A DNA stretch of 33,275 bases from Craspedostauros australis (lineage: Eukaryota). The position numbers were made by a program, and so were the translations under genes. The notes under the pieces were generated by a model. That model searched no databases. It had not been told where the DNA came from and saw nothing but the letters and a program-made list of their open reading frames with translations. This document shows positions 20,301-30,964 of this stretch, in pieces. Within the stretch, counting starts at the first letter, position 1; each line of letters starts with the position of its first letter. The stretch lies in the NCBI GenBank assembly GCA_030167865.1, contig JALAGF010000558.1, positions 1-33,275 of the forward strand, given 5' to 3'.

Positions 20301-21278
20301 GGCATCGAGCAAGAACTGCGGGATCTGCGTGCTCTTGCCGCAACCCGTCTCTCCTTTGATGATGGTGACGAGATTGGACTGCACCTGCTCCACGATGTGC
20401 TTCTCGTGCGCGTAGGCAGGCAGCGTCCTGCGTTGCTGCATCATGGTGTTGTAGTTGCTGTGCGCCTGCTTGTCCTTCTGCGCTTTCTCGTGAAACTTGC
20501 GCCGCGCCGCATGCGACATGGAGATGCGGCTTCCAGAGGTCCTCTCGTCTCCCATCTCAACATCCGGATCGATCTCCATGGCGCTGAGCGCGCTCTGAAG
20601 CGAGTCGTAGTGCTGCGGTGGCAACGGCGACGAGGTTGGTGGTGCGGATGGTGAGACGGCCGTCGGTCGCGTCGCCGAAGCCGCACTCCCGCTGCCCGCC
20701 GTGGGGAAGACCGAATCGTCGTCAGAAGCATGCGCATGCACGAACGACCGGATGGCCTTGATGCTGGCCTTGTTGATCGGCAGCTGCGGCGGCGCTGGTT
20801 TGTCGTCATCGACGTTCCTGCTGTTGGCAGCGTTGACCTTCGTCCTCGTGACGTGGATCTTACGGTCGTCGCCCTTCCCGATCGACTTGGACACGAGGCC
20901 CAGCTTCTTGGCCTGCTCGTGGATGTACTTGCGTTCCGTGTTGGTCAGCGTCGAGGGGAATTGGAGCCGGGGCTGCGTCGCTTCGTCCGTCTCGCGGAAG
21001 TCCTTCAGCATTTGGACGAAGTTGATGCGCATCGTCTCCGGAACGGCGGAGGATCTGGCGCCCTTCTCTCCGTTCTTGACCACATTCTCCAGCGTCCTCT
21101 TCTTTCCATTGTTGTTACTATTATTGTTGCCATTGTTGTTGCCATTGTTGTTGTTGTTGTTGTTGTTGTTGCCCCTCCTAGCACCGGCATTCTTCGTTCG
21201 TTTCATCTGATGGCCGTCGCTGTTCTTCGGACCTCTTCTTTTCTTGGCTGGATTTCTGCGGTTGCCAGATGCGTTCAT
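17304..21278 (-). CDS. DExH-box RNA helicase with an N-terminal R3H domain (YTHDC2/DHX36/plant DExH6-like, RHA family)
   Basis: R3H domain FPSTLTNTERKYIHEQAKKLGL. Helicase motifs GETGCGKSTQ, TQPRRISA, DEVHER, MSAT, STNIAETSLTIDD and QRRGRAGR. HA2 and OB-like C-terminus. ATG at 21278. Confidence 0.95.
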   Translation of the reverse strand: MNASGNRRNPAKKRRGPKNSDGHQMKRTKNAGARRGNNNNNNNNNGNNNGNNNSNNNGKKRTLENVVKNGEKGARSSAVPETMRINFVQMLKDFRETDEATQPRLQFPSTLTNTERKYIHEQAKKLGLVSKSIGKGDDRKIHVTRTKVNAANSRNVDDDKPAPPQLPINKASIKAIRSFVHAHASDDDSVFPTAGSGSAASATRPTAVSPSAPPTSSPLPPQHYDSLQSALSAMEIDPDVEMGDERTSGSRISMSHAARRKFHEKAQKDKQAHSNYNTMMQQRRTLPAYAHEKHIVEQVQSNLVTIIKGETGCGKSTQIPQFLLDAIPTANIVVTQPRRISAISIAERIADEQFQPKRGGLLAHQVRQDSTVTSKTQLTFLTPGVLIRKLMGSSLLDEYTHVIIDEVHERDKYTEFILIILREILAKRSKIKGKELRVILMSATVQIDIFADYFTTPTSRPKVIKLDGRTFPVQTFFLENMLEMTAFLDTTGPMYKESVSITNQQLDAELAKLLPATPSQKPTPSKGQKRRGKKAADDFGMQCAMCGMSNFGGDIMKYAMHVAICDGTREIQQTIAMVDDADVSTASSDAMDDDDAGDDIMTIDGGGADESKTYEDYADYDVQATVDTSDMRRLMLDAEELKSVLAESMPKQVDEVKFLAPQNTPDDIGQLGSVNREVDGNEATADDGDDNDGENDDDGGDDVIMGSGGEASKTNTGDTPEMQQVVARHKKLLQHYQMVHNDDLVDNDLIVATLKCINEKYPNDDGAVLIFFAGWQDISSLKMVLHSTDPFKNPSKYLILPLHSGISNDEQRKVLRRPPKNVRKIILSTNIAETSLTIDDVSFVIDTGRAKEKSYDPHLKTATLQPMWISQASAKQRRGRAGRTKPGICFHMFSATRHESLREFTESEMVRTPLEELCLMCKKLRIAPGGASDDDGIPALLSKAVTPPHSKSVRNALEMLVELGAMTKERNDLTFLGSCLATLSLEPRVGKMLLLSYLLGCSQVSCDMAAGMSYKSPFIMVPDALKQHAKKVKLKLSRDCRCDQVTMHNILEDVDRISKKPCGGPFVSYCRRNYLSNHSMRTISDVRSNLSKQLKSIGFAAPWEMRATNPVTGSTETAFHNRNKHVAAMWQATLVAGLYPNIAYRKRGNVNFTTISKQKIKIQTGSVNAIPGTGNFDLRKECRIPEDALEIICFGEITQGERGCAATQTTYIVSPLPLLILCGTRLTVEQYPNSETTMMDKPIKPELRGMCVMTLDGWLSFRCPPIVARGIVNIRKRVASGFPKILVDPSLGFGLLDKAERAAVLSLDDIFRNTYDALLKSGGK
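21108..21171 (-). repeat. Imperfect (AAC)n tract encoding poly-Asn in the helicase N-terminus
   Basis: ttgttg runs on the + strand; encodes NNNNNNNNGNNNGNNNSNNN. Bounds are approximate. Confidence 0.85.
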
Positions 21279-21983
21279 CACAGACCAATCACGGTATTGC
21301 AGGCTCTACGTAATCTAATCAATAATATAATAGTGTGGTGCTCGCAAGAATATGAGGGAAGATTGGATTGGATTGAGTATGGAATAGTACTCTGCTACAA
21401 GCACGTATGTATTCTATGTACCTACTATGCAAGTATGATGCTATGCGATGACAACCGCTGTTGCACCAAGACTGGGACTTTCGTTGGAAGGATGATGACT
21501 TTGTGCACATCATCTGTGTCATTTTGTGTTTGTTGGTTGGCATCAATCTTTTGTGCCAATCGTGGCGCCACGTTCTCTGCCGACGGTTGGACTCTTTATC
21601 CGTGACTCAACACAAGTCCCGTCCAACGTACGTAGAACTCCAATGGAACATGAAGCACCATCTCAATCGCCCGATACCAATGCTCTTGCAATAGCTCTTA
21701 CATCTATTATACTCTGCATCCATTCCTACTCTATTTCCTTGATCTGTCCATGCTCTTGCCAATTGTTCTATTATATATTCTATAATATTATACAGTTAAT
21801 AGTTTGTATTACATCGCTATTGAGAACGCACAGAGACTCATCCATGCCGCATACCCTGCGACGGTATCCTCGGGAGCATGTCTCGATTGCTCACGCCGAC
21901 GGTTGCCTTTCATCAGTCTATGCGGAGTTCACAACATGCGCCATGTGCAGGTGCCACAGCCAAATGCGAGGAAGGGGCCGTCT

Positions 21984-22451
21984 CTATATTCGTTCGGATG
22001 CTATCTGTCGCTCTCGATCTTCCATGATAGTCATTTCGTGGTAGTTGTCGCTGCCAGCCTTGCCACCTTCCGGGTGATCGCTGCCGTTTCCTTCCAATGA
22101 TTTGGATCCTTTCCTTATCTTCTGCCACGCAAGGAATGCGAATGCGTCCACGTTCAGTATGGCCACGAAGATCTCTCCGTTCAGATCGTTCTGCAGCCCG
22201 AGTCGAAGAGGAAGATGATGACCTCGATCCAATGTTCCACGCGCACGGGCGCTTGCGATGGGGGAGAGATTTCGAGGACCCAGATGGCTGTGGCGCCAAA
22301 GTCTCACGCGAGGTACAGTGCGGGTCTTTCCAACAGATCCTCCTGTGTCACGGCCAGATCGAGGAGGCCAACATCATGACGCAGATCATGTTGAAGATCT
22401 GCCAGCTCCATTCTCGGGGACCCATGCGGGTGTGGGATGTGAAGCGCTCAT
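21984..22451 (-). pseudogene. Frameshifted paralog of the adjacent 4-TM protein gene
   Basis: Fragments spread over all three frames: PAWVPEN / WQIFNMIC / LLDLAVTQEDLLERPALYLA*DFGATAIWVLE..EHWIEVIIFLFDSG / GEIFVAILNVDAFAFLA. They are colinear with WVPEK / WFIINVIC / LVELLVASDEWAERPWATALYFVWDFGTTFVWVVE..DHWAELVVAAYLLLDSG / SETFAVVVNIIFFVLIA. TGA at 22306-22304 replaces a Trp codon. Confidence 0.88.
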
Positions 22452-22995
22452 GGTGGTATGAATGAAGCAGTGCTGACTATTGTTTCCTGTTGATCTCACT
22501 TCCCTTGTCTCACCACGCGCTTCGGATCCTCTGATCACGTTGGCATCCAGAGTGTTGTCTCCTTCAATGTTGTTCGAGCGAGTTGGTCGATCGTGTGTGC
22601 GAACCATTCCACGAATAACAGACGAGACCACGTGTTGTGCACATGGTTCCAGCCGTTGTCTTGGCCGTCATTGTCGTCTTCATCGTTGTTCTTTGTTGAT
22701 GTGTTGGCTGTTGATGGCGTCGCGGTTTTCAGTGGTGTGAGCGTGGAGCAGCGGGGTACCGTTCAGTACTGGTGGAAGCGGACGATTAAGGAAACCGGGC
22801 GTACAGGTACGTGTTCAATCACGAGACGAAGGTATCCTTTGCAACACCATGGCAACTATTACATGCTCTACGCTTCATGCGAGCATAGTACAAGTATTGC
22901 ACCTATTATACCATACATTCAAGTACCCGTACGTGGCTATCCACCCGTCCATTTTGACAGTGGTCTGCATTGTAGCGGCGGGCCATCGCATCAGG

Positions 22996-23583
22996 TCATG
23001 CCGAGAGGTGCAATTCTTGATTTGTCACCGGAAGAGGCATCGTGACAATCGAGTCGTCTATTCCACCATACCTTGTGGTTTCAGATGCAGCCTCATCTCC
23101 ATCGTCCTCCAATGACTGTTGTTGCTGTTGTTGCTTTGCTCGCATGTCCTCCCAAGTCTTCGCCGCAATGAGCACGAAGAAGATGATGTTCACAACCACG
23201 GCGAACGTCTCGCTGCCCAGACCGCCCTTCAGCGTCTTTCCCACGAGCAGGGTATGCCCAGAATCCAGCAAGAGGTACGCGGCCACGACGAGCTCAGCCC
23301 AGTGATCGCATGACAACGACGCATCGGTATGATCGGACTTGCGATAGGCAACTTCCAGACCAGTTTCAACAACCCAGACGAATGTGGTGCCGAAATCCCA
23401 CACAAAATACAGTGCCGTCGCCCATGGACGTTCCGCCCATTCATCCGAGGCAACCAACAGTTCCACCAGGACAACTACCGACGCCAACGCGCAGATGACG
23501 TTGATGATGAACCACTTTTTGGGAGCTTTCTCCGGAACCCACTCCAGCCAGGCAGGAGCCTGAGGAACACCTTCCTCTGTCAT
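22996..23583 (-). CDS. Uncharacterised 195-aa membrane protein with four predicted TM helices
   Basis: ATG at 23583 (MTEEGVPQ...), four hydrophobic segments and an acidic/polyQ tail. Similarity to the neighbouring pseudogene starts just after this ATG, which supports both the frame and the start. Confidence 0.8.
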   Translation of the reverse strand: MTEEGVPQAPAWLEWVPEKAPKKWFIINVICALASVVVLVELLVASDEWAERPWATALYFVWDFGTTFVWVVETGLEVAYRKSDHTDASLSCDHWAELVVAAYLLLDSGHTLLVGKTLKGGLGSETFAVVVNIIFFVLIAAKTWEDMRAKQQQQQQSLEDDGDEAASETTRYGGIDDSIVTMPLPVTNQELHLSA

Positions 23584-24924
23584 GTCTCCGCGCGATCGTA
23601 TATGATGGGGGAGTGGAAGAGAATTAAACAGAATAGAGTGGAGTAGAGTAGATGAATACGCCGTTCGCCCGAAACGTTTGCGCTCCTGTTCTTCGGTGCC
23701 GTCTCTGTCCAATCTGTTGTGATGTCCGTCTCTTTCTCTGCGTCGCTTGTTCCGCAGGTGTGTTGGAGTCAATGCTTGTGACTGTCCTGCTTTTCTTTTC
23801 TTTCTGTGGATGCAAAGGCCAAGTGTGATAGTAACGGAGAGCGCATGTGCGAGGATGTAGAATGTATTACGCTGCAAGTATGATCCATGTTCTATGCTTC
23901 GTGTGCTCCCACTTGCTGGTGGCCTGGAGGAGAACTTTTGCCAAGGAGTCGTTGTTGTGATGCAGAACCCTGTTGTCCCCTTGTCGGGATCTGTCGTCAA
24001 TGTGTTGTCGCCTTTCTTGATGGTTTTCGCTGTGCTTCTTCCTTTTTACTAATCGTATTAATCGAAAATTCTGGTCGGATGTGGTCTTCCAACAACTCCC
24101 GCAAAGACTAAACAAGACACCCGACTAGGACAGGCAACAAGCGGCCAATAGTCGTACATCTTCAGTAGTTGCTTGCGCACTTTGACATTTCTCGTAACAA
24201 TGAACAATTGTGATATGTACTCCAGGTACATGGGAATGGGCATGGGGATCGCCCTGGAGTAGAGAGCAGAATAGTGCGTGGCGCAGAGGCCATGTGTGTT
24301 GTCGCCCACTGTTCATATATCCTCGTGTGCTGTCCTCTGTGGTCTGTGGTCTCTGCTCTCTGCTCGTCCCCGTGTTGCTGTCTCCTCACGATGATGATCC
24401 TGTGGACAGGATCATCATTGTTGGGTGTCGTGCTCTTGCGTGTTGACTGCCAAACTATCAACCTTCGCGCTGTCAGTCTAGACAAAACGCTCACCTATGG
24501 CGAATCTTTGACAGGATCAATCCAACCATCGAGTCTGACCATGAGTTCTTTGGTTCTGACGATTGCCCTTGTCCGAAACAAAGAGCGACGTGTACGAGGA
24601 ACCATCTCACCATCGAATCGAATCTTGTTTGGCATCAAGAAGAACGCAGGCGCGATTATGGCTTTGGGTGGCGAAAGCGTGGATGGACTGTTTCCCAAGT
24701 ATGCCTGGGGAGCTCAACGAAGAGGGCAAAGCAACTGAACGATCGCGGATCCTTATGGCAAAAGCCGAGATGAACTACCTATGGCATCGTGACTGTGCGA
24801 TTCGAGGTGGGATTCCTTCCTGTGCACAACGACTTTGGGGACCGCCCATGAAAGTACGATGAATCTCCATGGAGCAGCATGCTACTCTCGTCGAGCCATC
24901 GAGACAGTGCACTACTCTGTCTCC

Positions 24925-24950
24925 AGAGAGAGAGAGAGAGAGAGAGAGAG
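24925..24950. repeat. (AG)13 microsatellite
   Basis: Read directly. Confidence 0.95.
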
Positions 24951-27766
24951 GGAAACTGTGCCACTGTTGTAGTATTGGGCATTGCACTCACTAGTCAATC
25001 TACGGGGAGGCTGGCCTGATGCGTGATACCGGGGTACCGTCAGTGACAGAGAGTCCAAGCACTTCCTCCAGACAACAAAATAACACAATAGAATTGATCA
25101 CAGCACGTTCGTATAATAGTATCCGTGACATCATACAAGTTGGCCATCGTCGAAACTGACGCATGATTCGGAACAGGCAGCGCGGCTTGTTTGTGTTCCT
25201 CTGCAGAAGTGGAACAGTCACATTTCTCGACCTGCTGCGTTCAGGCTTTCAAATCGGTTGGTCGTGGGCTGTTGCATTTCAGCGTCGAAGAGTCAATCAA
25301 TTAAGGTGATCTCTATTATCTCCTCGTGGGATACGTGGACGTATGTCGTTTTGTTTGTCTTCTCCTTCGGCAGAGAATGACGTCGCCGGGCGGATTGATG
25401 AAGATCCTGTTGAAAGAAACAAGAACAGTTGGCAGAACCAAAGGTGAAGCATCGAAGCGCCACAACAATCCTCCAGAAATCTGTCTCAGATTGATTCTCA
25501 TGCAGAGTAGACTGCATGCATACGACATTGCTGACTCTCAAACACAAGGTTCATCTCCATCCAGCGAAAGCAAAGCAAACCAAGACAGAGCAGAGTGGAG
25601 ACGGACCAAATCTGATGGAAGTGCAGGAGCGACGTTCTTTACTCTCATCTTGGGCGCTACTCTACTCGTGTAGTGTGAAGGGTATCCGTAATCGGTCAAA
25701 CTGCCCACCAACGCCAACGAAACAACATTTTTTCGATTCGCTCGAAGATGTGGGCGGACAAACTGTGCTGCGCGCACCACCGCGCAATGTCCGCTTTGGT
25801 ACTTGTACTTCCAGTGACAAGCACGAAGCGTGTGATTCGGCGCTTCTACCCTGCCCCGCAAGATGTCCGGGTAGATCAACATGTGCAAAGTGCTCGTCAC
25901 GAAGACATGTTATGCTCTGCAATATTCCGTGCAGTTCTCGAGAACATGCGCGCATCCGCTTCAGTACTCGTGAACATTTATGCAGATGGCGTTTCCACCA
26001 AGGAAGGCGAACGCTGTATGGGCGGCTTTCGATAGATTGACAACGTCCTTGTGTTCGTCAACGCGGTTTGGGTTGCGCGTGGGGGGCATTGCAGCACCAC
26101 GACACGCAGACAGAGAGCTGCACGCGAGCTGAGACTTCTCCACTGAAACGAAAGCGGAAAGTTCCGTGAGAATTTTGGTCTCACTTATTTTTGGCATTGT
26201 TCGTTGGGTCCATAGCGCGCAGCGGCGGGAATGTCTCTACGTGCCCATCTGCATTTGGCCACTTCTCTGTCACGGAAGATACGAACAAATGGAGTGCTCT
26301 ACTTCTCTGTACTCTGCTCGACTCTATTCTACTCAACTCTACCCTGTGACAGTATGAACGCATGTGGCGGACACGTAACCGCCTCCATGTCGGCGGTGTA
26401 CGCAGTCGTCTTCTACCTGCGTGCTTGAATCATTCTTTCTTGGCCTCCTCGGCTGCTACCATGCAACAAACAATACTCTTCTCCATTCTGCCCAATTGTT
26501 TGTCTGGCAAGTACAATAGCTGCAGAGTGGAGTACTGGCTGATAAGAGTGGAGGACGAAGAGTCCTCATCAACATCAGGGCAACTCTTGGATCTTTGGTT
26601 TGTCTCAGCACCACCGGTCAACAAGCGCATTGAGCCCATGATATGAATGGATGCTTTCAACGCTTTCAGTTGCTTCGACCCGTCCAACGCGTTCAATGTT
26701 GTGCGTGAGGATGCTCACAAGGTGTAGCGATCTAGTACAATATGCCCTCGCACATGCGAGGAAAAAGCTACGAAGTGCCAAGCGGTACCTATTGCTTTCG
26801 AGATTAGAGACGACACACGAACTGATAGAGCAGAGAGAATAGTATGGTATCAACGACTACATGATCAAACCGCCCAAGGTTCATGAAGTATGCGCATTGT
26901 GCCCAGCTGGTAAGTCTTTCTCGTTCAAGCAAATGCCGTCGCCGCGGCGATGGCGAGATACGGGAAAATTGGAGCCACATTGGTCAAGGGCTGGATGCGC
27001 GTTCCATCAACTCTACTCGCTTCTCTCGCACCCTGGTGGTGTCAGAGTAGGTTCCATGCTCCGAATTGAATGGCGACGAGATTGTGCTGCAAGTGAAGAC
27101 TGTGAAGGTGGGTTGTAGTCGGGCATCATCTGGTGGCACCTCCATCCGAATACCCTTCACCGCATGATCGGACGTGCCCGTACAAGTACAGTGCATGCGC
27201 ACAGGCGGGTATGGCAGAGTCGAGTAGTCCGCTTTGCTCTTTGCTGGAGATTCTGCCAATGTGGAGTAGCTCGTTGGACCAATAACAAAAGAGGTAAAGG
27301 AAGAATTCGAACATCCCAGGAGTTTTTGTCGTTGGCGTCGACGTTGGCCGGTTCTTCCTCTTCTTCATTGATTTTGCCCTGGTTTTGTGCTGGTTGTGCC
27401 TCGTTTTTTCTCGATGCGAATTTGCCACACTTTCCTTCACCAAAACTGTTCTCTTGTGCGCGTTGCGCATCAGCGCTGATTTCCACTTGGATGGACACAA
27501 TCCCACACTGCCACATAGCACTCTTACTCCACAAAGTTCTGCCAACACGAGCTCATCCTTGCCTGCCTCCTCCAGCGTCTTTCACCAGCAGACACAGGAA
27601 TGCGTATGGGCACTGCATAACCACAGTGTCCAGCATTCAGCGCACACACTCACGCAGCAAGTGGCTGAACTGACAGATAAATACCAACCAACAGTGGCAC
27701 TCCCTCGAGAACTGGCCAACGATCACAGTCTTGCACCAAACGTGATTGTTGTGCATAAATCGAAAG

Positions 27767-30700
27767 ATGGCAAACGAAAAACCGCCACGTCCCGACGGCA
27801 GCACCGAAGGCAAAGCCAGTGGCGAGAGCACCGATGGCGACGACGCTGATGCTGCTGCTGCTGCTGCTTCTGATGGTGTTAACGACGGCGATGCCAACGA
27901 CGGCCAAGATGACAATGATGATCACGCTACGACGTCGGTTGCCACTCAAGCTCATGTCGAACAAGGAAGTGGCAGAAAGGAAGGGAGCGAAGCAATACCA
28001 CAAACCAGCACGACAACAAGGAATCATGACGCTGATCATGGTGGTGCTGGCTCAGAGAGTGCCGACAACAAGAGCATCGAAAATGCCGAGGACGTTGATA
28101 ATGAGGAAAATGACGATGATAATCGTGGCGATGACTCTTCCAACCGGCCCACGGGAGAGAATGCCAAGGGCAGCACAAGGACTCTACTTGGTGGCGAAGG
28201 GATCTCTTCTTCCGCGGCTGTCACCATTGCTCCTGTTACTGCTACTGGCGCTACTACGACCTCCCATACCGCTGCTGCTGCTGCTGCTGATACTGTTCGT
28301 CCTCGATCCTTGAACGATACCGAATTGAAGGATTCAGCATCGCTTCCTTCATCAGCTGAACCTGCCGATCACATTAAGCAGATCGGCTCAAGAAATGCAC
28401 ACAGGTATGCTTCGAAGGCTGATGGCAACACAAGAAGCACCGCACCATCAACTCGCGGACAGGACGAGAGAGACTCGAAGGACGTTGCTTCAATGCAACC
28501 ATTGCATCCCCCGTCTCCTCCACGGCCTCAGACAGCGTCTCAAACAACCGTCCCAACCCAACCAAATGTGGCAGCTCGTGAAACAGCCAGGACTGACCGT
28601 GCTTCGCACACAATTTCATCTACCGCAGTCGCAACCAGAACTGCAGGCAGCACGATATCATCCGCAAGTAAGTCTGACCCACCACGTTCAGATCCATCGT
28701 CAGCAACGACGCAGCCATCACGCGCCAAGGGCAAAGGCCAACCGAGCCCAGCTTGGAACCTACCGCCGGTGAGGAAGAAGAAACGGAAGAGCAGACCCGC
28801 CAACTTCCCGAAACGGCCTCTGTCAGCATACAACATCTTCTTCCAACAAACGCGAGAAAGGATTCTGCGCTCCAAGCAGCAAGGCAGCGACGATGATGGA
28901 GCAGCAGAGGCCATCAAGGCCGAGGGTGGCTCCATGGCGAAGGAGATCGGTCGCCGCTGGAAAGCGCTCGGCGACGAAGACAAGAAGCCACTGGAGGAGC
29001 AGGCGAAGCTTGATCTCCTGAGGTACAGGGATGAAATTGCAACCTACGAAGCGACTATGGTCAAGAAGAGCCGCACAACGCAACAAGCCCTGACGAAGGT
29101 GAAGAAGGGCGGCAGTGCTGGTGGTTATTCGACTGCAGAATCGGATGCTACGTCCGTCTTGACGTCGAAATCAGCAGACAGGCCACAGCTGGGGTCGCAG
29201 CTGGTTCAGCACGATCGACAGTCATCGCAGCAACAACATGGCAAGCCGCAATCACAACAACAAGATAGAAAGCAGCCATCACATGAATCAGTTGCTGGAT
29301 CAGCAACATCGCGCACACCAGTCTCGCTGGGAGCAAGCACTGATTCCAAACCAAGCAGAAGCCTGCGTGTGGTGGACAAGGGTCCTGGTACGGATGGAAC
29401 ACACCAACCTACGAGCAAAGCTCACGCAGGTAGTAGGAGGCCGTTCTCCGTCTCTTCATTGCATACGTTTCTCAGTGATGGTGCTGGCAGGGCTCATCGA
29501 GCTGGCACGCCCTCCACAAATTCCATTCTCGGCGCACCAGCAACCACACCCAACGACGGAACGAGCAAGCCTGCCTCACTGTCTGGGCCAATACCATCGA
29601 TGGCCCCGCTTCATCAGTTGCAGCAGATTTCGCACAACCAGCCGTTTCCGCAAGCTCAACCACCGTCGATGCTGAGCAATGCCACTTCTCTCCTGACAAA
29701 TCTTGGGGCTGGTTCCACGAACCTTGCCACTTCTGCACATCCAACAGGATCTTTGGCTGAGATGAACAGCGACCCCACCCTGCTGGCCAATAACATCGCA
29801 CGAACAATCATCCTCCAGCAGAGACAGCAACAACAACGTCAGCAGCAGCTGATGATGGCCGAGTTGGCTATTGCCTCCAATCAAGCAAGAAGCCAAGATG
29901 CGTATCAGGGCAACGAGACGCCCGGTTTGTCACTTGCGCAACATCTTGGTCGATCAGCAATCAACAGTGCTGCATCAACTGCATCCAGCAGATCAAGCGA
30001 AGAGGCCCGGGCAGCACGAAACAACCCAGCATCGAACCAACAGCTGAGATCCATGATTGGGCAAGTCGGATTTGAAACTGGTGCGGTGTCAGGCTTGCCA
30101 AGCTCGACCCAAACAAGCCTAAATCCCCCACCACAGCAAGATGCACCGCATGACCAAATCTCCAGTCTAGAGATCTTGCGGCAAATGCAGCTGCAACGAG
30201 AGATTGAGCAACAGAGACTGGCAGCAGGTGGGTTGGATGCCTTGCGCAATCTCAACCCCGATGGATCCCGGTACGCGACTCTCGGTGCGTCTCTGACAAG
30301 CGACAGTTTCAACCCAAGACTGCTCGCACTGCAACAACAGCAAGTGATACAACGTGCCCAGCTGGCCCCAAGCAACGCAGACGGGCGAAGCGAGCCCCAG
30401 GCCGCCACACTTCGTTCGCCCGGCCCGCTGGACTTGGGGTCCATGCTGGTCAACCAGCAACTTGGAACAGGCCAACTTGGCATGAACCAGTTTGCAGGTG
30501 CCGGTGACGCCCTCCAGCAAGCAAGCTCAGACAATGCTCTCGACTTGTCGTCAGCGATCTTTCCGGCTGGTTCCGCGAACAACGACGCTATACTCCAGGG
30601 ATTACTTCTGCTGCAACAGCAGAGACAGTCTTCGGCTGTTGGCGGCGTTAATACGCCATCGCTGACAAATCCCACACTCACAACTATGCAACATCTATTT

Positions 30701-30964
30701 GGAACCCAGCATCTCCAACAACAGCAGCAGCAGCAGCAGCAGCAGCAACTGGATTTGTTCTTGTTGCAACAGCGGCAACAACAACAACAGCTGTTGCAAC
30801 TGCAACTGCAGCATCAGAATCTAAGGCAAGGCAACACCTTGGGCGTACCAAGGGCGCCCGAGCCAACAGGCGCCGCGGCCACCACATTCGCTCAGACGCT
30901 CGGGCATTCAAATTCGACTGGAAATGATGATGGCGACGACACCAGCAACTCTGTAGAGAAGTAG
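27767..30964 (+). CDS. HMG-box transcription factor with disordered flanks and a Q-rich C-terminus
   Basis: HMG box PKRPLSAYNIFFQQTRERI...MAKEIGRRWKALGDEDKKPLEEQAKLDLLRYRDEIATY (~28808-29050), preceded by the basic RKKKRK. PolyQ tracts. First ATG at 27767. Confidence 0.92.
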   Translation: MANEKPPRPDGSTEGKASGESTDGDDADAAAAAASDGVNDGDANDGQDDNDDHATTSVATQAHVEQGSGRKEGSEAIPQTSTTTRNHDADHGGAGSESADNKSIENAEDVDNEENDDDNRGDDSSNRPTGENAKGSTRTLLGGEGISSSAAVTIAPVTATGATTTSHTAAAAAADTVRPRSLNDTELKDSASLPSSAEPADHIKQIGSRNAHRYASKADGNTRSTAPSTRGQDERDSKDVASMQPLHPPSPPRPQTASQTTVPTQPNVAARETARTDRASHTISSTAVATRTAGSTISSASKSDPPRSDPSSATTQPSRAKGKGQPSPAWNLPPVRKKKRKSRPANFPKRPLSAYNIFFQQTRERILRSKQQGSDDDGAAEAIKAEGGSMAKEIGRRWKALGDEDKKPLEEQAKLDLLRYRDEIATYEATMVKKSRTTQQALTKVKKGGSAGGYSTAESDATSVLTSKSADRPQLGSQLVQHDRQSSQQQHGKPQSQQQDRKQPSHESVAGSATSRTPVSLGASTDSKPSRSLRVVDKGPGTDGTHQPTSKAHAGSRRPFSVSSLHTFLSDGAGRAHRAGTPSTNSILGAPATTPNDGTSKPASLSGPIPSMAPLHQLQQISHNQPFPQAQPPSMLSNATSLLTNLGAGSTNLATSAHPTGSLAEMNSDPTLLANNIARTIILQQRQQQQRQQQLMMAELAIASNQARSQDAYQGNETPGLSLAQHLGRSAINSAASTASSRSSEEARAARNNPASNQQLRSMIGQVGFETGAVSGLPSSTQTSLNPPPQQDAPHDQISSLEILRQMQLQREIEQQRLAAGGLDALRNLNPDGSRYATLGASLTSDSFNPRLLALQQQQVIQRAQLAPSNADGRSEPQAATLRSPGPLDLGSMLVNQQLGTGQLGMNQFAGAGDALQQASSDNALDLSSAIFPAGSANNDAILQGLLLLQQQRQSSAVGGVNTPSLTNPTLTTMQHLFGTQHLQQQQQQQQQQQLDLFLLQQRQQQQQLLQLQLQHQNLRQGNTLGVPRAPEPTGAAATTFAQTLGHSNSTGNDDGDDTSNSVEK
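30717..30812 (+). repeat. CAG/CAA polyglutamine tracts in the HMG-box gene
   Basis: caacaacagcagcagcag... encoding Q11 and nearby Q runs. Bounds are approximate. Confidence 0.85.

Noticed and set aside
23584..24000. N-terminal 139 aa of the 334-aa ORF
   Set aside because: Non-ATG start and UTR-like composition. Similarity to the paralog begins only after ATG 23583.
10211..30964. Functional cluster of nucleotide and chromatin genes (P2X, MRG15, HINT, HU, helicase, HMG)
   Set aside because: The products act in different compartments and pathways, and I saw no shared motif. This is ordinary eukaryotic gene order.
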